This document shows, one piece after another, positions 10,010 to 20,395 of a stretch of 64,000 nucleotides of DNA. Position numbers and translations under genes: made by a program. Position 1 is the first letter of the stretch; every line of letters begins with the position of its first letter. The notes below the pieces were generated by a model, which was not told where the DNA came from, made no database searches, and saw only the letters and a program-made list of their open reading frames with translations. The stretch is from Bdellovibrionales bacterium (GTDB taxonomy: Bacteria > Bdellovibrionota > Bdellovibrionia > Bdellovibrionales > UBA1609): positions 295,925-359,924 of the forward strand of contig DAHVQG010000001.1 in NCBI GenBank assembly GCA_027317865.1, written 5' to 3'.

Positions 10010-11830
10010 ATGAAAATGAGGCTAATTCAAAAACTCGCGCTGATTGTGATTGCAACGGCCGTGTCAATTTCAGCTCAATCCATGACAATGAAAGTGCTGG
10101 GGGAGCATGTACCTTACTCCGCCATGGCGAGTGCAGTGCGCGTGGGGCAACTCGCCGCCAACACGCCGATGAATCTCACTGTGGTTTTGAATTTGCGAAA
10201 TACGCAAGCGCTGCAAACTCTGGTTAGCCGCCTATATAACCCGAATGACCCAATGTACGAGCATTATTTGACTCCCCAAGAGTTTCGCGCCGAATTTGGT
10301 CCGACCCGTCAGGATTTTGCGCAAGTTGAACAATATCTGAATTCACACAATTTGCGAATCATTCGCGAGACGACAAACACAGTTCAATTTCAAGGCACAT
10401 CGGCTGATGTTGAAAGCGCATTCGGCGTGCAGATGCAGAATTATTTGCAACCAAATGGCACGTTGGCCTACGCGCCCAGCGGTAACCCGCAGGTGGCAAG
10501 TCAAATTGCACCTGAAATTGCTGGCGTATTAGGGCTTAACACCTTCTCGCATTTTGTCGCTCACTATATCAAACGTCAAAATACCGAGCTGTCGCAATTT
10601 CAACCATTTGGCAGCGGACCTAACGGCGGTCTCTCACCGTCAGATATACAAACGGCTTACTCATTGGCAAATACGGGCGCAACCGGTGCGGGTCAAACGC
10701 TCGCGTTGATGGAGCTTGACGGTTACAATCCATCAGACATTTCAACTTACGCACAGACCTTTAATATTGGCTCGACGCCGGCATTGCAGAATATTTTGGT
10801 CGATGGTTATAACGGTTCAGCCGGGTCTGGTGCTGACGAAGTGACTCTGGATATTGAACTTATGATTGCCGTCGCGCACAGCGCCTCTAAAATTTTGGTT
10901 TACGAAGGGCCCAATACCGAAACGGGGCCCATCGACGTTTACAGTAAAATTGCGGATGACGACATCGCAAAAGAAATCAGTACTTCATGGGGCAGCCCTG
11001 AATCGCAAAATACTCAGGCGTTTTTGAACTCCGAAAATACAATATTTGAGCAAATGGCCGCGCAAGGGCAAACCATTTATGCCGCTTCAGGCGACTCGGG
11101 AGCGTACGACAACGGTTCAACTTTGGGCGTGGACGATCCCGCATCGCAACCCTACGTGGTTGCGGCCGGCGGCACGACACTCAATACGGCGACAAACGGA
11201 TCTTATATCAGTGAAAGCAGTTGGGGAATTCCAGCCAGCCCACAAAACCAATTACAAGGAGGCGGCGGCGGAATCAGTAGTGTATGGTCGATACCGAGTT
11301 GGCAGACTGGTGTCGCGAATAGCTTGAACAAGGGTTCAACAACAATGCGAATGGTTCCGGATGTTTCAGTCGAAGCCAACCCGCAAACTGGATACGCAAT
11401 CTACGTCGGCGGAAGTTGGGGCGTCTTCGGTGGGACAAGTTGTGCTGCGCCTATTTGGGCGGGATTTACGGCGCTGGTTAACCAAGCTCGTGCGAGCAAG
11501 GGTTTGAGTCCTCTCGGCTTTGCCGACCCTGCACTCTATAAATTGGGCGAGAGCTCAGCATACACAACTCTGTTTCATGACATCGCCGACGATTCGACCA
11601 ATTTATTTTACCCTGCCGTGAGCGGATATGATTTGTCGACGGGTTGGGGTTCAATGGTGGGGCCAAATTTATTATCGGCTCTCGTTGGTTCATCGGTAAC
11701 GCCAGCACCCACACCGACACCCACACCGACTCCCACGCCGACACCCACACCGACACCGACACCAACGCCAGCGCCGAGTGTGCCGCCGACACCAACAAAT
11801 TTAACGGTCGTTTCGGTTACGCCGAACTAA
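10010..11830 (+). CDS. Secreted S53 sedolisin/kumamolisin-type protease with Pro-Thr linker tail
   Basis: Signal peptide, pro-kumamolisin domain (YLTPQEF), EVTLD, SGDSG, RMVPDV, GGTSCAAP, GYDLSTGWGS, then (PT)n. Confidence 0.93.
   Translation: MKMRLIQKLALIVIATAVSISAQSMTMKVLGEHVPYSAMASAVRVGQLAANTPMNLTVVLNLRNTQALQTLVSRLYNPNDPMYEHYLTPQEFRAEFGPTRQDFAQVEQYLNSHNLRIIRETTNTVQFQGTSADVESAFGVQMQNYLQPNGTLAYAPSGNPQVASQIAPEIAGVLGLNTFSHFVAHYIKRQNTELSQFQPFGSGPNGGLSPSDIQTAYSLANTGATGAGQTLALMELDGYNPSDISTYAQTFNIGSTPALQNILVDGYNGSAGSGADEVTLDIELMIAVAHSASKILVYEGPNTETGPIDVYSKIADDDIAKEISTSWGSPESQNTQAFLNSENTIFEQMAAQGQTIYAASGDSGAYDNGSTLGVDDPASQPYVVAAGGTTLNTATNGSYISESSWGIPASPQNQLQGGGGGISSVWSIPSWQTGVANSLNKGSTTMRMVPDVSVEANPQTGYAIYVGGSWGVFGGTSCAAPIWAGFTALVNQARASKGLSPLGFADPALYKLGESSAYTTLFHDIADDSTNLFYPAVSGYDLSTGWGSMVGPNLLSALVGSSVTPAPTPTPTPTPTPTPTPTPTPTPAPSVPPTPTNLTVVSVTPN
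11698..11775 (+). repeat. 6-bp coding repeat for the (Pro-Thr)n linker
   Basis: ACACCG/ACACCC-type hexamers encoding TPAPTPTPTPTPTPTPTPTPTPTPAP. Confidence 0.9.
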
Positions 11831-11842
11831 AGGAGTAAAGAC

Positions 11843-12163
11843 GTGAAAAAAATACTTCTGATCGCCTTTTTCGGACTTCTAATAGTGGGTTGTAATTCGC
11901 ACATACCGTCACAGAGTTCAATGCGTGCGGGCGCAACGATGAACGTCAACTTGGCTTGGCAATCGGTGCCCGGCGCTCAACTCGGTTTTGACATTGAAGA
12001 GTCTGTCGACGGCAAAAACTTTATGCAAATTTTGACCGTGCCCGATGGAGTCAACTTTGCTAGTATTCCGGTTACATCGGGCTCGACCTATTACTTTCGC
12101 ATGCGCAGCTTTAACTCGGTTGGTACTTCAAATTACACTCCGGTAGTTACCGTTAGGCTGTAG
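11843..12163 (+). CDS. Lipoprotein with fibronectin type III domain (apparently lacking strand A)
   Basis: AAGGAG RBS, lipobox IVGC, VNLAW...GFDIE...GSTYYFRMRSFNSVGTS FN3 motifs. Confidence 0.8.
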   Translation: MKKILLIAFFGLLIVGCNSHIPSQSSMRAGATMNVNLAWQSVPGAQLGFDIEESVDGKNFMQILTVPDGVNFASIPVTSGSTYYFRMRSFNSVGTSNYTPVVTVRL

Positions 12164-12200
12164 TGCTTGTTTGAAATTGTGGTCCAGCGGCAAACCATGA

Positions 12201-12779
12201 TTACTGTGAGTTGCTAAGAAACGGGATGAGCATCGGAACGCGCTGTTTGTAGTCCTCATAAACGTGGGCACCCAATTCGCTTGCCAGCCATTGTTCTTCA
12301 AGACGCGCTTTGAGCCAAAAGCTAAAGATGATTAATATTCCGCCGATTACCGCGTTAATCGTCCCGTACTGTATTACAGTCGCCACAATCGCGAAGCTCA
12401 CACCCGTGTAAATGGGATGTCGGACAATTTGGTACGGGCCCGTGTCAATTATATGGTGATTTTCTTTGTGTGTAATTGAACCGGACCACAATCGTCCAAT
12501 GTGTATACGTGCCCACCAGGCAAACGCGAATCCGACGGCAACAAGCCCTAAGCAAAGCCACGCAATCGCATTGTTGACACTCCATAAATGCCACGAAGCT
12601 TTCGTGCTTTGAGCGGGTAAAACAAAGAGTAAAAACAGACCAAAAAACGTAACAGCCCGATATTTAAGTTCAGCGCGCAAGTTTAGACGCCTTACGGTTT
12701 TGTTGGTCCAAAAGGAAGCGGCAATCCACGAAGCAAACCAGGCGATCCACAATAAACCGGTCAAAAAAATAGTTTTCAT
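12201..12779 (-). CDS. Isoprenylcysteine carboxylmethyltransferase family membrane protein
   Basis: WARIHIGRLWSG, TGPYQIVRHPIY, EEQWL, YKQRVPMLIP. Confidence 0.88.
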   Translation of the reverse strand: MKTIFLTGLLWIAWFASWIAASFWTNKTVRRLNLRAELKYRAVTFFGLFLLFVLPAQSTKASWHLWSVNNAIAWLCLGLVAVGFAFAWWARIHIGRLWSGSITHKENHHIIDTGPYQIVRHPIYTGVSFAIVATVIQYGTINAVIGGILIIFSFWLKARLEEQWLASELGAHVYEDYKQRVPMLIPFLSNSQ

Positions 12780-12894
12780 GCGCTTATACAATACTTCTTT
12801 TTACACTTGAGCGGAAGGGGCTGTGCAAGTTTTAGCATCGTCAAAATCTTGATGGTTACGTGCGGATCTGTTAAAAATCGCGCAGGGAGGGCTC

Positions 12895-13287
12895 ATGCGG
12901 TTGCTCGGAAACCTGATTTGGTTTATTTTTGGCGGCTTTTTCATGGGGCTTGCGTGGTGGTTAGCCGGATTGTTGGCTGCTCTTACGATTATTGGCATTC
13001 CATTTGCTATTGCCGCGTTTCGTATCGGCACGTTTTCATTTTGGCCGTTTGGCCGCCAAATTGTGCCGCAACCGAACAGAGGTGAAGTCCATGAGCTACT
13101 CGATTTTCTAGCCAATATTTTGTGGATCATCTTCGGCGGTTTGTGGCTGGCCATCGGGCATCTTGTTTGGGCACTGATTTTCACCATCACGATAATTGGA
13201 GTACCGTTTGCCGTTCAGCATTTGAAATTAGCCCGTCTTTCTTTCACGCCGTACGGCAAACGGATCGTGGCAGCGGCACAGGTGTAA
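12895..13287 (+). CDS. yccF: YccF-domain inner membrane protein
   Basis: Duplicated NLIWFIFGG...TIIGIPFA...WPFG repeat. Confidence 0.9.
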   Translation: MRLLGNLIWFIFGGFFMGLAWWLAGLLAALTIIGIPFAIAAFRIGTFSFWPFGRQIVPQPNRGEVHELLDFLANILWIIFGGLWLAIGHLVWALIFTITIIGVPFAVQHLKLARLSFTPYGKRIVAAAQV

Positions 13288-13460
13288 TGACATTTTCGCT
13301 CGCCCGGTTCAACTGTCAGAATTTTTGACAATCAAGAACATTGTTCATGCGAATCAATTGGGCGTGTTTGATGCTGCAAGATGTGGCTGTCAAAAATAAT
13401 AACATCTTTTTACTGAATTTCGTTCATGGCATATTGACGTGTGTGAAAGCTAGGGTTCGG

Positions 13461-14513
13461 ATGATTTCGCGAATCATGTTTATTTCTTTTCTTATATTAT
13501 CATCGGTAAGTTACGCGAGTAATTTCGACAGTGGTGTGCCGTTAAAAAACCGGTACAGTAGTTATTTCGACCAATTCGACGAATTGGATCCGAAGCCTTC
13601 GCAATTTCTGGCGCCAAATGAAACGCAGCCTAAAGATTTGCTGCCGATTTTAGTCAATGCGCAAAAGGGCGTGTATGTCAGTGTGGGGACAGAACGCGGT
13701 TTTATGGCCGCGGGTCTATCAGGCGCGATCACAGATCTTGTGCTTGTTGATCTTGATCCAAGCATCGCGTTCTACAATACGATAAACATCGAATTGCTAA
13801 AGGCGGCTAAAAATAGGGAGCAATACGTTTACTTGCGTACGAAGGCTACCGAGAGCGACTGGCAAACCGCGCTGAACGGTCTAGTGGCACATGATCAGAT
13901 CGCGAAACAGTGGGAGTGGTGGCGCGACGCCGTTTTGCCAGAAGCTCGAATGGATGTTTTTCATATTGACCCGACAAAATCGAAATATCCAAATCCGTCG
14001 TTTGAAGATGCGAATTACTTGTACCTCGAGAAAAACTTCAAGCGGGTGAAACGACTGGCGGACCACGATCGCATTCAAGTGCTAGAGGCCGATATAAAAA
14101 ACAGTAAAGTCTTGAATTTGTTTGAGCGGTTTAAAAAATCCGGACAACAAATTTCAGTTATCGATATCAGTAATTTGTATGGCCCGGGTCACGCCGGGGC
14201 AAAATATACCGCTGCATTTTTAGAAAGCATAAGGTCTGTTGTTGATGAAAAAACTATTTTGGTTTACACAATCGGGCGCGGAGATTCTTCGGGTGAATGG
14301 TTCTACGTTGGGTTTCGTTTCGGCAAAATTTGGCATGAGGGTGTTTATAAATTTGTCGATGAGAACCTAAAACAGCGCCCACCATATTTGAATCGCTACA
14401 ATCACTCTACGTTTTTCGAAGGCGAACCTGCCTATGTGAATGTAAAACCCCAGAATCAATCCTGTGGCCGCATTTTGCGTTCAACTGGACCAAGGTATAG
14501 TCCCACTATTTGA
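13461..14513 (+). CDS. Secreted hypothetical protein, possible Rossmann/SAM-methyltransferase-like fold
   Basis: Signal peptide (SVSYA); YVSVGTE..., VLVDLDP, IDISNL motifs. Confidence 0.55.
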   Translation: MISRIMFISFLILSSVSYASNFDSGVPLKNRYSSYFDQFDELDPKPSQFLAPNETQPKDLLPILVNAQKGVYVSVGTERGFMAAGLSGAITDLVLVDLDPSIAFYNTINIELLKAAKNREQYVYLRTKATESDWQTALNGLVAHDQIAKQWEWWRDAVLPEARMDVFHIDPTKSKYPNPSFEDANYLYLEKNFKRVKRLADHDRIQVLEADIKNSKVLNLFERFKKSGQQISVIDISNLYGPGHAGAKYTAAFLESIRSVVDEKTILVYTIGRGDSSGEWFYVGFRFGKIWHEGVYKFVDENLKQRPPYLNRYNHSTFFEGEPAYVNVKPQNQSCGRILRSTGPRYSPTI

Positions 14514-14609
14514 CAACCGATTGCCCTACTTGTTTCAATTACCTATGACTTTTGTCGAGTAGCCGCGAGCAGTACGCGAAATGGCTGCATCGACTTCAAG
14601 GAGGGGACA

Positions 14610-16076
14610 ATGGGTAAGCGTGGACTTTTATTTTTAGCGATCAGTATCGTTGCGATGACCGCTACGGCGGCAGTGGTTGGATTTGAATTGACCACTGAGA
14701 TCAGTGCCGATCCTTATACGCAGCAACCGATAAAAACTGAAGTTGAGCCCGATACGTATTCGTTCGGTTCAACAATTGTCGGCGCGTTTCAAGTCGGCCG
14801 TTTTGCCGACGGCGGAGCGCTCGACATTGGTTGGGCGACGTCAAACGATAACGGCAAAACGTGGCACCATGGTTTTCTGCCCGGGATAACCAAATATCAA
14901 AATAATGGCCCGTATGATCGCGTGAGCGATGCGTCGGTAGCCTATGATGCCAAACATAAGGTTTGGATGGTTTCTTCTCTTGCGATTTATGATTTAAACG
15001 GCAACATTACGAGCCCGGCGATTATCGTCAGCCGCTCCACCGACGGCGGTCTCACGTGGCAAAATCCGGTGACCATTCATGGCGAAGCTAAAACTGCGGG
15101 CCTCGATAAAAATTGGACCACTTGCGATGACTGGAAAACATCGCCCTATTATGGTCATTGCTACACCGAATGGGATGCTCCCGAAAATTTCAACGAAATT
15201 TTTATGAGTACATCTACCGATGGCGGTCTCACGTGGAGTGCGCCGCAAACAACCGGCGATCAGGCGAGCGGTCTTGGAGGGCAACCGGTCGTTCAACCTA
15301 ACGGCACAGTAATAGTTCCGATTGGCGACGCCGACGTGGGTAATCTCCTGTCGTTCGTGTCTCGTGATGGTGGTCAAACGTGGAGTGCTACGACAACCGT
15401 CACCGCACTGACTGTTCACACCGTGGGCAATAATCTTCGTACAGCACCCCTGCCTAGCGCGGCAGTGGATAATACGGGCAAAGTATATGTTGTGTGGCAA
15501 GATTGTCGGTTTGAATCGAATTGTTCAGCCAATGACATTGTCATGTCGACGACAACTGATGGTATAAATTGGTCGCCTGTGGTACGTATTCCAACTGATT
15601 CTGTTGGGAGCAATGTCGATCATTTTCTTCCCGCTATTGCCATTGATCGCAATACCGGGGGTGCAACGGCGCACTTAAGTTTGACCTATTACTATTATCC
15701 AAACGCAAATTGCTCCGGTACAAGCTGTGAGTTGCGTGTGGCGACTGATCAATCGACCGACGGAGGCGCCAGTTGGACCCAGCCCATGGAGATCGGCTCT
15801 AAACCTGTCAATTGGAATACTGTCCCCGAAACCGATATGGGTCCGATGGTTGGCGATTATATATCAGCGTCATTTGTTGACGGTGTTTCAATCCCGATAT
15901 TTGCAATGAGTTCGTCACTCGATGGCTTAACTATGAATTCAATTTCAGCAAATTTGAATTCGGTTCGCGAACTGGAACTTTCAAGCTTCGCTCTCCCGCG
16001 TGAAAATGTGAGCTACGGGCCGATTTTAAGTGTGCCATCAGGACACGTTGAACCGCATTGGACGCGTTTATTTTAA
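14610..16076 (+). CDS. Secreted sialidase-family / BNR (Asp-box) beta-propeller protein
   Basis: Repeated Asp-boxes SNDNGKTW, STDGGLTW (twice), SRDGGQTW, STDGGASW; GDYIS; GGAGG RBS. Confidence 0.85.
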   Translation: MGKRGLLFLAISIVAMTATAAVVGFELTTEISADPYTQQPIKTEVEPDTYSFGSTIVGAFQVGRFADGGALDIGWATSNDNGKTWHHGFLPGITKYQNNGPYDRVSDASVAYDAKHKVWMVSSLAIYDLNGNITSPAIIVSRSTDGGLTWQNPVTIHGEAKTAGLDKNWTTCDDWKTSPYYGHCYTEWDAPENFNEIFMSTSTDGGLTWSAPQTTGDQASGLGGQPVVQPNGTVIVPIGDADVGNLLSFVSRDGGQTWSATTTVTALTVHTVGNNLRTAPLPSAAVDNTGKVYVVWQDCRFESNCSANDIVMSTTTDGINWSPVVRIPTDSVGSNVDHFLPAIAIDRNTGGATAHLSLTYYYYPNANCSGTSCELRVATDQSTDGGASWTQPMEIGSKPVNWNTVPETDMGPMVGDYISASFVDGVSIPIFAMSSSLDGLTMNSISANLNSVRELELSSFALPRENVSYGPILSVPSGHVEPHWTRLF

Positions 16077-16094
16077 ACACAGGTTTCGCGCTTT

Positions 16095-16646
16095 TCAGCT
16101 GAGCGATTTAACAATATCGCTCTCTGAAATGCCAGTCGCATCGGCCATTCGTTTAATCCGACCTTTTGACCGGCGCTCATAAGTGCCGGTGATGTGTGCG
16201 GTCGCTATGGTATAACCGCGCATGGCCTTCATTAGCGCTTTTTTGTCAGCGCCAGGTTCGAGTTTTAACTTTCCGCCTAGGGCGTAAATTGTAAACACAT
16301 AATGGTGAACTCCCGAGTCGACGGGTGGCATTGGCCCATAGTAACCGATTTTGCCAAAAGAATTTAAACCCTGTGCCGCCGCCACAGGAGATCGCATCTG
16401 CGTTTCTAGCGGAATCCGCTCGGGCAGCGATGTCACATTAAACGGAATATTGTAGATTAGCCAATGAGTAAAAGGATGGTCTTGGCCAGCCGTTTTCGGA
16501 GCATCAGGATCTTCGCAAATAATAGCAAATTCTTTGCAACCGGCGGGTACAGACCAGCTCAGCGCCGGCGAGATGTTTTCTCCTTCGAGCGCATGTCGTT
16601 TGGGGATTGGCTCGTGATCTTCAAAAGTATGAATACGAAATTCCAT
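16095..16646 (-). CDS. YbhB/YbcL (PEBP/Raf kinase inhibitor-like) protein
   Basis: GENISPAL, EDPDAP, FTHWLIYNIP, GYYGPMPP, HHYVFTIYAL. Confidence 0.92.
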   Translation of the reverse strand: MEFRIHTFEDHEPIPKRHALEGENISPALSWSVPAGCKEFAIICEDPDAPKTAGQDHPFTHWLIYNIPFNVTSLPERIPLETQMRSPVAAAQGLNSFGKIGYYGPMPPVDSGVHHYVFTIYALGGKLKLEPGADKKALMKAMRGYTIATAHITGTYERRSKGRIKRMADATGISESDIVKSLS

Positions 16647-16661
16647 TTTGCCTTTTCTAGT

Positions 16662-16677
16662 TGCAATTCAAGGGCCG
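16662..16677 (-). promoter_or_regulatory. Candidate sigma-54 promoter
   Basis: Minus strand CGGCCCTTGAATTGCA = GG-N10-GC, upstream of ATG 16646. Confidence 0.4.
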
Positions 16678-16729
16678 ACTTCCACGAAAAATAACGGACA
16701 ACCTTGCACATTGAGGCGGAAAAATTCCA

Positions 16730-17305
16730 CTAAATTGGAGTCCGCAAATGACCCGAACGCCCAACACGAATCATCGATGTGACTTGCGGCCCCTTTTCAC
16801 CAATCTCTTCGGAAAACCGGACTTCATCGCCAATTTCTAATTTATCAAATTCGTTGTTTAAAACGGAATTCTTATGAAAATATAATTCGCGGCGATCGGG
16901 CGTAGTAATGAATCCACAATCTTCATTCGGAAAAATGCGCTTCACCTTGCCATGCATGGGTACGTTTTTTGTTTTTACAAAATGCCGCTTTTTTCGAGTT
17001 AAATCTTCAAGTTTTCGTTTGGCGGCTTCAAAGGCGTCACGGATGGCGACATACACGTCTTTGTGGGCGGGATTGTATTTGTGTTCGTTCGTAATATTGA
17101 GATCTTCGCCCGGAAGACGCAAATCGATTTGCACGACGTAGACATTTCCGTTTCGGCGATGGTGGTGTGGCGCCGAAATAGTCACCCGGCACGACATGAT
17201 CCGGTCAAAAAATCTTTGTAGCTTTTCGGTATGGTCCCAAACGTCATTCCAAACGAAATCGGAATGTGTCATGTTGCGAAAAAGTATTTCAATCGGAAAG
17301 GTCAT
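16730..17305 (-). CDS. HPF/RaiA ribosome-associated protein fused to cold-shock domain
   Basis: IMSCRVTI..PHHHRRNG, DVYVAIRDAFEAA, GFITTPDRRELYFHKNSV, GEKGPQ. Confidence 0.9.
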   Translation of the reverse strand: MTFPIEILFRNMTHSDFVWNDVWDHTEKLQRFFDRIMSCRVTISAPHHHRRNGNVYVVQIDLRLPGEDLNITNEHKYNPAHKDVYVAIRDAFEAAKRKLEDLTRKKRHFVKTKNVPMHGKVKRIFPNEDCGFITTPDRRELYFHKNSVLNNEFDKLEIGDEVRFSEEIGEKGPQVTSMIRVGRSGHLRTPI

Positions 17306-17322
17306 GGCGTCCCTCACAGTCT

Positions 17323-19686
17323 CTAAGGTTCAACAAGTGCGGCGTCAATGCCTTGGCGAATTTCGTCGACAAACAAAATCTCCATTTCTTTAAGCGCTTC
17401 AGCAGGCAAGTCGGATAAGTCTTTTTTATTTGGGCGCGGCAAAATGACTCGGCGGATCCCGGCCCGACGGGCCGCGAGAAGTTTTTCTTTAATTCCACCA
17501 ACCGGCAATACCAAACCGCTCAGGGTAATTTCGCCAGTCATCGCCGTATCAGTACGCATTGGGCGGCGGGTATACAGCGATGCGATGGCGGTCGCAATGG
17601 CAAGACCGGCCGATGGCCCGTCTTTGGGTATCGCGCCAGAAGGGACGTGAACGTGAATTCCGCTTTTAGGTGGAATATCCATTGTGCCGAGTTCGCCAGA
17701 AGACACATAGCTCAGAGCAGCTTGAATCGATTCGCGCATTACGTTGCCCAATTGGCCGGTCATAGTAAGACCTTCGTGGTCTTTGATTAATTTTGTTTCA
17801 ATGTATAAAACTTCGCCGCCATATTCCGTCCATGCGAGTCCTGTAGCGACGCCGATACGGGCTTTTTCACGGGCGGTTTCTTCGAAAAAGTGTTCGGGGC
17901 CCAAGTAATCAGACAAATTTTCAATATGAATTTCAATCGATTTTACCTGGCCGTGCGCAATCTGCACCGCAACTTTTCGGCAGACGCGTCCAAGCGTTCG
18001 CTCAAGTTCGCGCAGTCCCGCTTCGCGCGTATACCGGCGGATAATACTTTTAACGGCGTCGTCGTCAATTTTCAAATTCACCTGCGACAAGCCCGAAAGT
18101 TCAAGTTGCCGGGGCCAAAGATATTTTTTGGCGATGACGAGTTTTTCTTCTTCGGTATATCCTGAAAGCCGCAGAACCTCCATGCGATCGAGCAGCGGAG
18201 CGGGGACAGTTTCAAGCGAATTTGCCGTTGCAATAAAAAACACTTTTGATAAATCAAAATTTAAATCCAAATAGTTATCGCGAAACGTGACATTTTGAAC
18301 TGGGTCGAGAACTTCCATTAAAGCGGCGGCGGGGTCGCCTCTAAAATCGCGCCCCAACTTGTCGATTTCATCGAGCATAAAAAGCGGATTATTCACTCCT
18401 GCACGCCGGATGCCCTGAATGATTCGGCCGGGCATTGCACCCACGTAAGTTCGCCGGTGACCGCGAAGTTCCGCTTCGTCGTGCATGCCGCCGAGACTGA
18501 TGCGCTCGAAAACACGCCCAAGAGCTTTTGCGATTGATTGGCCAAGCGAAGTTTTACCCGTACCAGGCGGGCCAACAAAACAAAGGATCGGCGATTTAGC
18601 CTTTGGGTTGAGTTTCAAAACGGCAAGCTGTTCGATAATTCGATCTTTTACTTCTCTAAGATTGTGGTGATCGGTATCAAGAATTTCGCGAGCACGGTCG
18701 AGATCGAGATTGTCGGTCGTCGATTTGCTCCACGGCAATTCTAAGATTAAATCAATATAGGAGCGAATGACCTGATATTCGGAGGCTGAAGGGGGCAATG
18801 CAGTCAAACGATTAATTTCACGTTCAACTTCGGGTAGAACTTCTGGCGGGAGTCGAGCGTCGTCGATTCGTTCTTTTAGGGCTTCAACGTCGGCTTCTCC
18901 GCTGCTTTCTTCACCGAGTTCGGCTTGAATTGCGCGCAATTGCTGGCGAAGGACGTACTGACGCTGCTCTTTGCTCATTTCACTGCTGGTTCGCGATGCG
19001 ATCTGCTTTCTTACTTCCAATACCTGCTGCTCGTGAGTGAGATGCTCAATCATAAGTTTTAGCGTACCAGTTGCCGATTTCGTTTCGAGCAAAGCTTGCT
19101 CTTTTTCATAATCAAGCCCGATGAGCGTCGCAAGCAAATAAGCCTTAGCCACGGGATCCTTGATACTTGCGACAATGTCAGGGATTGAAATTTGAGTTTC
19201 GGACTCGCTAACCGTACCGTCGCGCTTGTCCGCGCCAAAAGACAGCTTGGCTCGGCCGAGCATTTGAATGTTAGTAGCTATCTCAAGCATATTGGCTTCG
19301 AGTGCTTCTACTTGAACCGGATCGTCGGGAGACATCAAAAAAGGTTTATACTCAGCAAGCAGATAACCATCTTTCGTGGTCAAACTCGTAATTTCGACCC
19401 GTTCGATTCCGCTGACTAAAATAGTGACGACGTTGTGGGATTGTGTAATTTGCTTTATTGACGAACGCGTCCCCACTTTAAATATATTGTCAAATGTCAC
19501 ATCTTCGTCTTCGATGCGTCTCTGCGTAACCGTAATGAGCGATTTATCTTCACTTGCTAAAGCGGTGTCGATCGCCGCTCGAGACAAGTGGCGTGCAGCT
19601 GATATCGGGAAGAACAAGTGCGGAAATACCACCGTGTTTTTAAGCGGCAATAACGGTAATTGACGGAGAAGCTTCGAAGTGGCCAT
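17323..19686 (-). CDS. lon: ATP-dependent Lon protease
   Basis: LON N-domain, [35 protein letters not shown]. Confidence 0.96.
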   Translation of the reverse strand: MATSKLLRQLPLLPLKNTVVFPHLFFPISAARHLSRAAIDTALASEDKSLITVTQRRIEDEDVTFDNIFKVGTRSSIKQITQSHNVVTILVSGIERVEITSLTTKDGYLLAEYKPFLMSPDDPVQVEALEANMLEIATNIQMLGRAKLSFGADKRDGTVSESETQISIPDIVASIKDPVAKAYLLATLIGLDYEKEQALLETKSATGTLKLMIEHLTHEQQVLEVRKQIASRTSSEMSKEQRQYVLRQQLRAIQAELGEESSGEADVEALKERIDDARLPPEVLPEVEREINRLTALPPSASEYQVIRSYIDLILELPWSKSTTDNLDLDRAREILDTDHHNLREVKDRIIEQLAVLKLNPKAKSPILCFVGPPGTGKTSLGQSIAKALGRVFERISLGGMHDEAELRGHRRTYVGAMPGRIIQGIRRAGVNNPLFMLDEIDKLGRDFRGDPAAALMEVLDPVQNVTFRDNYLDLNFDLSKVFFIATANSLETVPAPLLDRMEVLRLSGYTEEEKLVIAKKYLWPRQLELSGLSQVNLKIDDDAVKSIIRRYTREAGLRELERTLGRVCRKVAVQIAHGQVKSIEIHIENLSDYLGPEHFFEETAREKARIGVATGLAWTEYGGEVLYIETKLIKDHEGLTMTGQLGNVMRESIQAALSYVSSGELGTMDIPPKSGIHVHVPSGAIPKDGPSAGLAIATAIASLYTRRPMRTDTAMTGEITLSGLVLPVGGIKEKLLAARRAGIRRVILPRPNKKDLSDLPAEALKEMEILFVDEIRQGIDAALVEP

Positions 19687-19817
19687 GCTGAATTTATCCA
19701 GCAAGAAGTGCACCAATCAACAGTGCGAACAGTATAATGGGTTATAAGCCGGGCTACGTGGCAAATTGGGGATTTGACGTGGCCCATCTGGACATTGTGG
19801 TTTTGCAGTTGAACCGC

Positions 19818-20300
19818 TCAATGGCGAGTTTCGCGTTCTTTTTTGTGTTGTAAATCAGTGAGCGATGCAAGGTCGTCGAGGGTTTTTGTAAGTGTTTTAA
19901 AAATATCTTGTGCGGAAACAAAACCCGTTAAACTTCCAGATTTATCAACAACGGGCAGGCGGCCGATCCCGTGGTTTTTCATTTTATTTACAAGCGCAAA
20001 AACATCGTCTGTTTCATGGGCCACATCAACCGGCTTGGTCATAATGTCACCGACGAGTATTTTATCGGTAGGCACATCTTGTGCACATGTTTCAATGGTA
20101 ATGTCACGGTCTGTGATAATGCCTACTGGAATCATTTTACCGTTGCGTTTATCCACGACAACAACGTCGCCAATATGATTTTCGCGCATCAATTTTGCGG
20201 CATCCGTTACCGTAGCCATTGTATCGATGCAGACGACATTCGCGGATTGAATAAATTTTGACTGATTCGATTTCTGATAAGATTTTTGAACTGGTTCCAT
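19818..20300 (-). CDS. CBS-domain pair protein
   Basis: AAKLMRENHIG, GIITDRDI, GIGRLPVVD; AAGGAG RBS. Confidence 0.9.
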   Translation of the reverse strand: MEPVQKSYQKSNQSKFIQSANVVCIDTMATVTDAAKLMRENHIGDVVVVDKRNGKMIPVGIITDRDITIETCAQDVPTDKILVGDIMTKPVDVAHETDDVFALVNKMKNHGIGRLPVVDKSGSLTGFVSAQDIFKTLTKTLDDLASLTDLQHKKERETRH

Positions 20301-20395
20301 ATTTTGCTCCTTTTGAATACTGTTGTTCAAAAAAAGCAAAAAATGTTCCACTTAGAAATGAAGTGGCTCGGCTATATTAAAGCATAATGAAGCAA

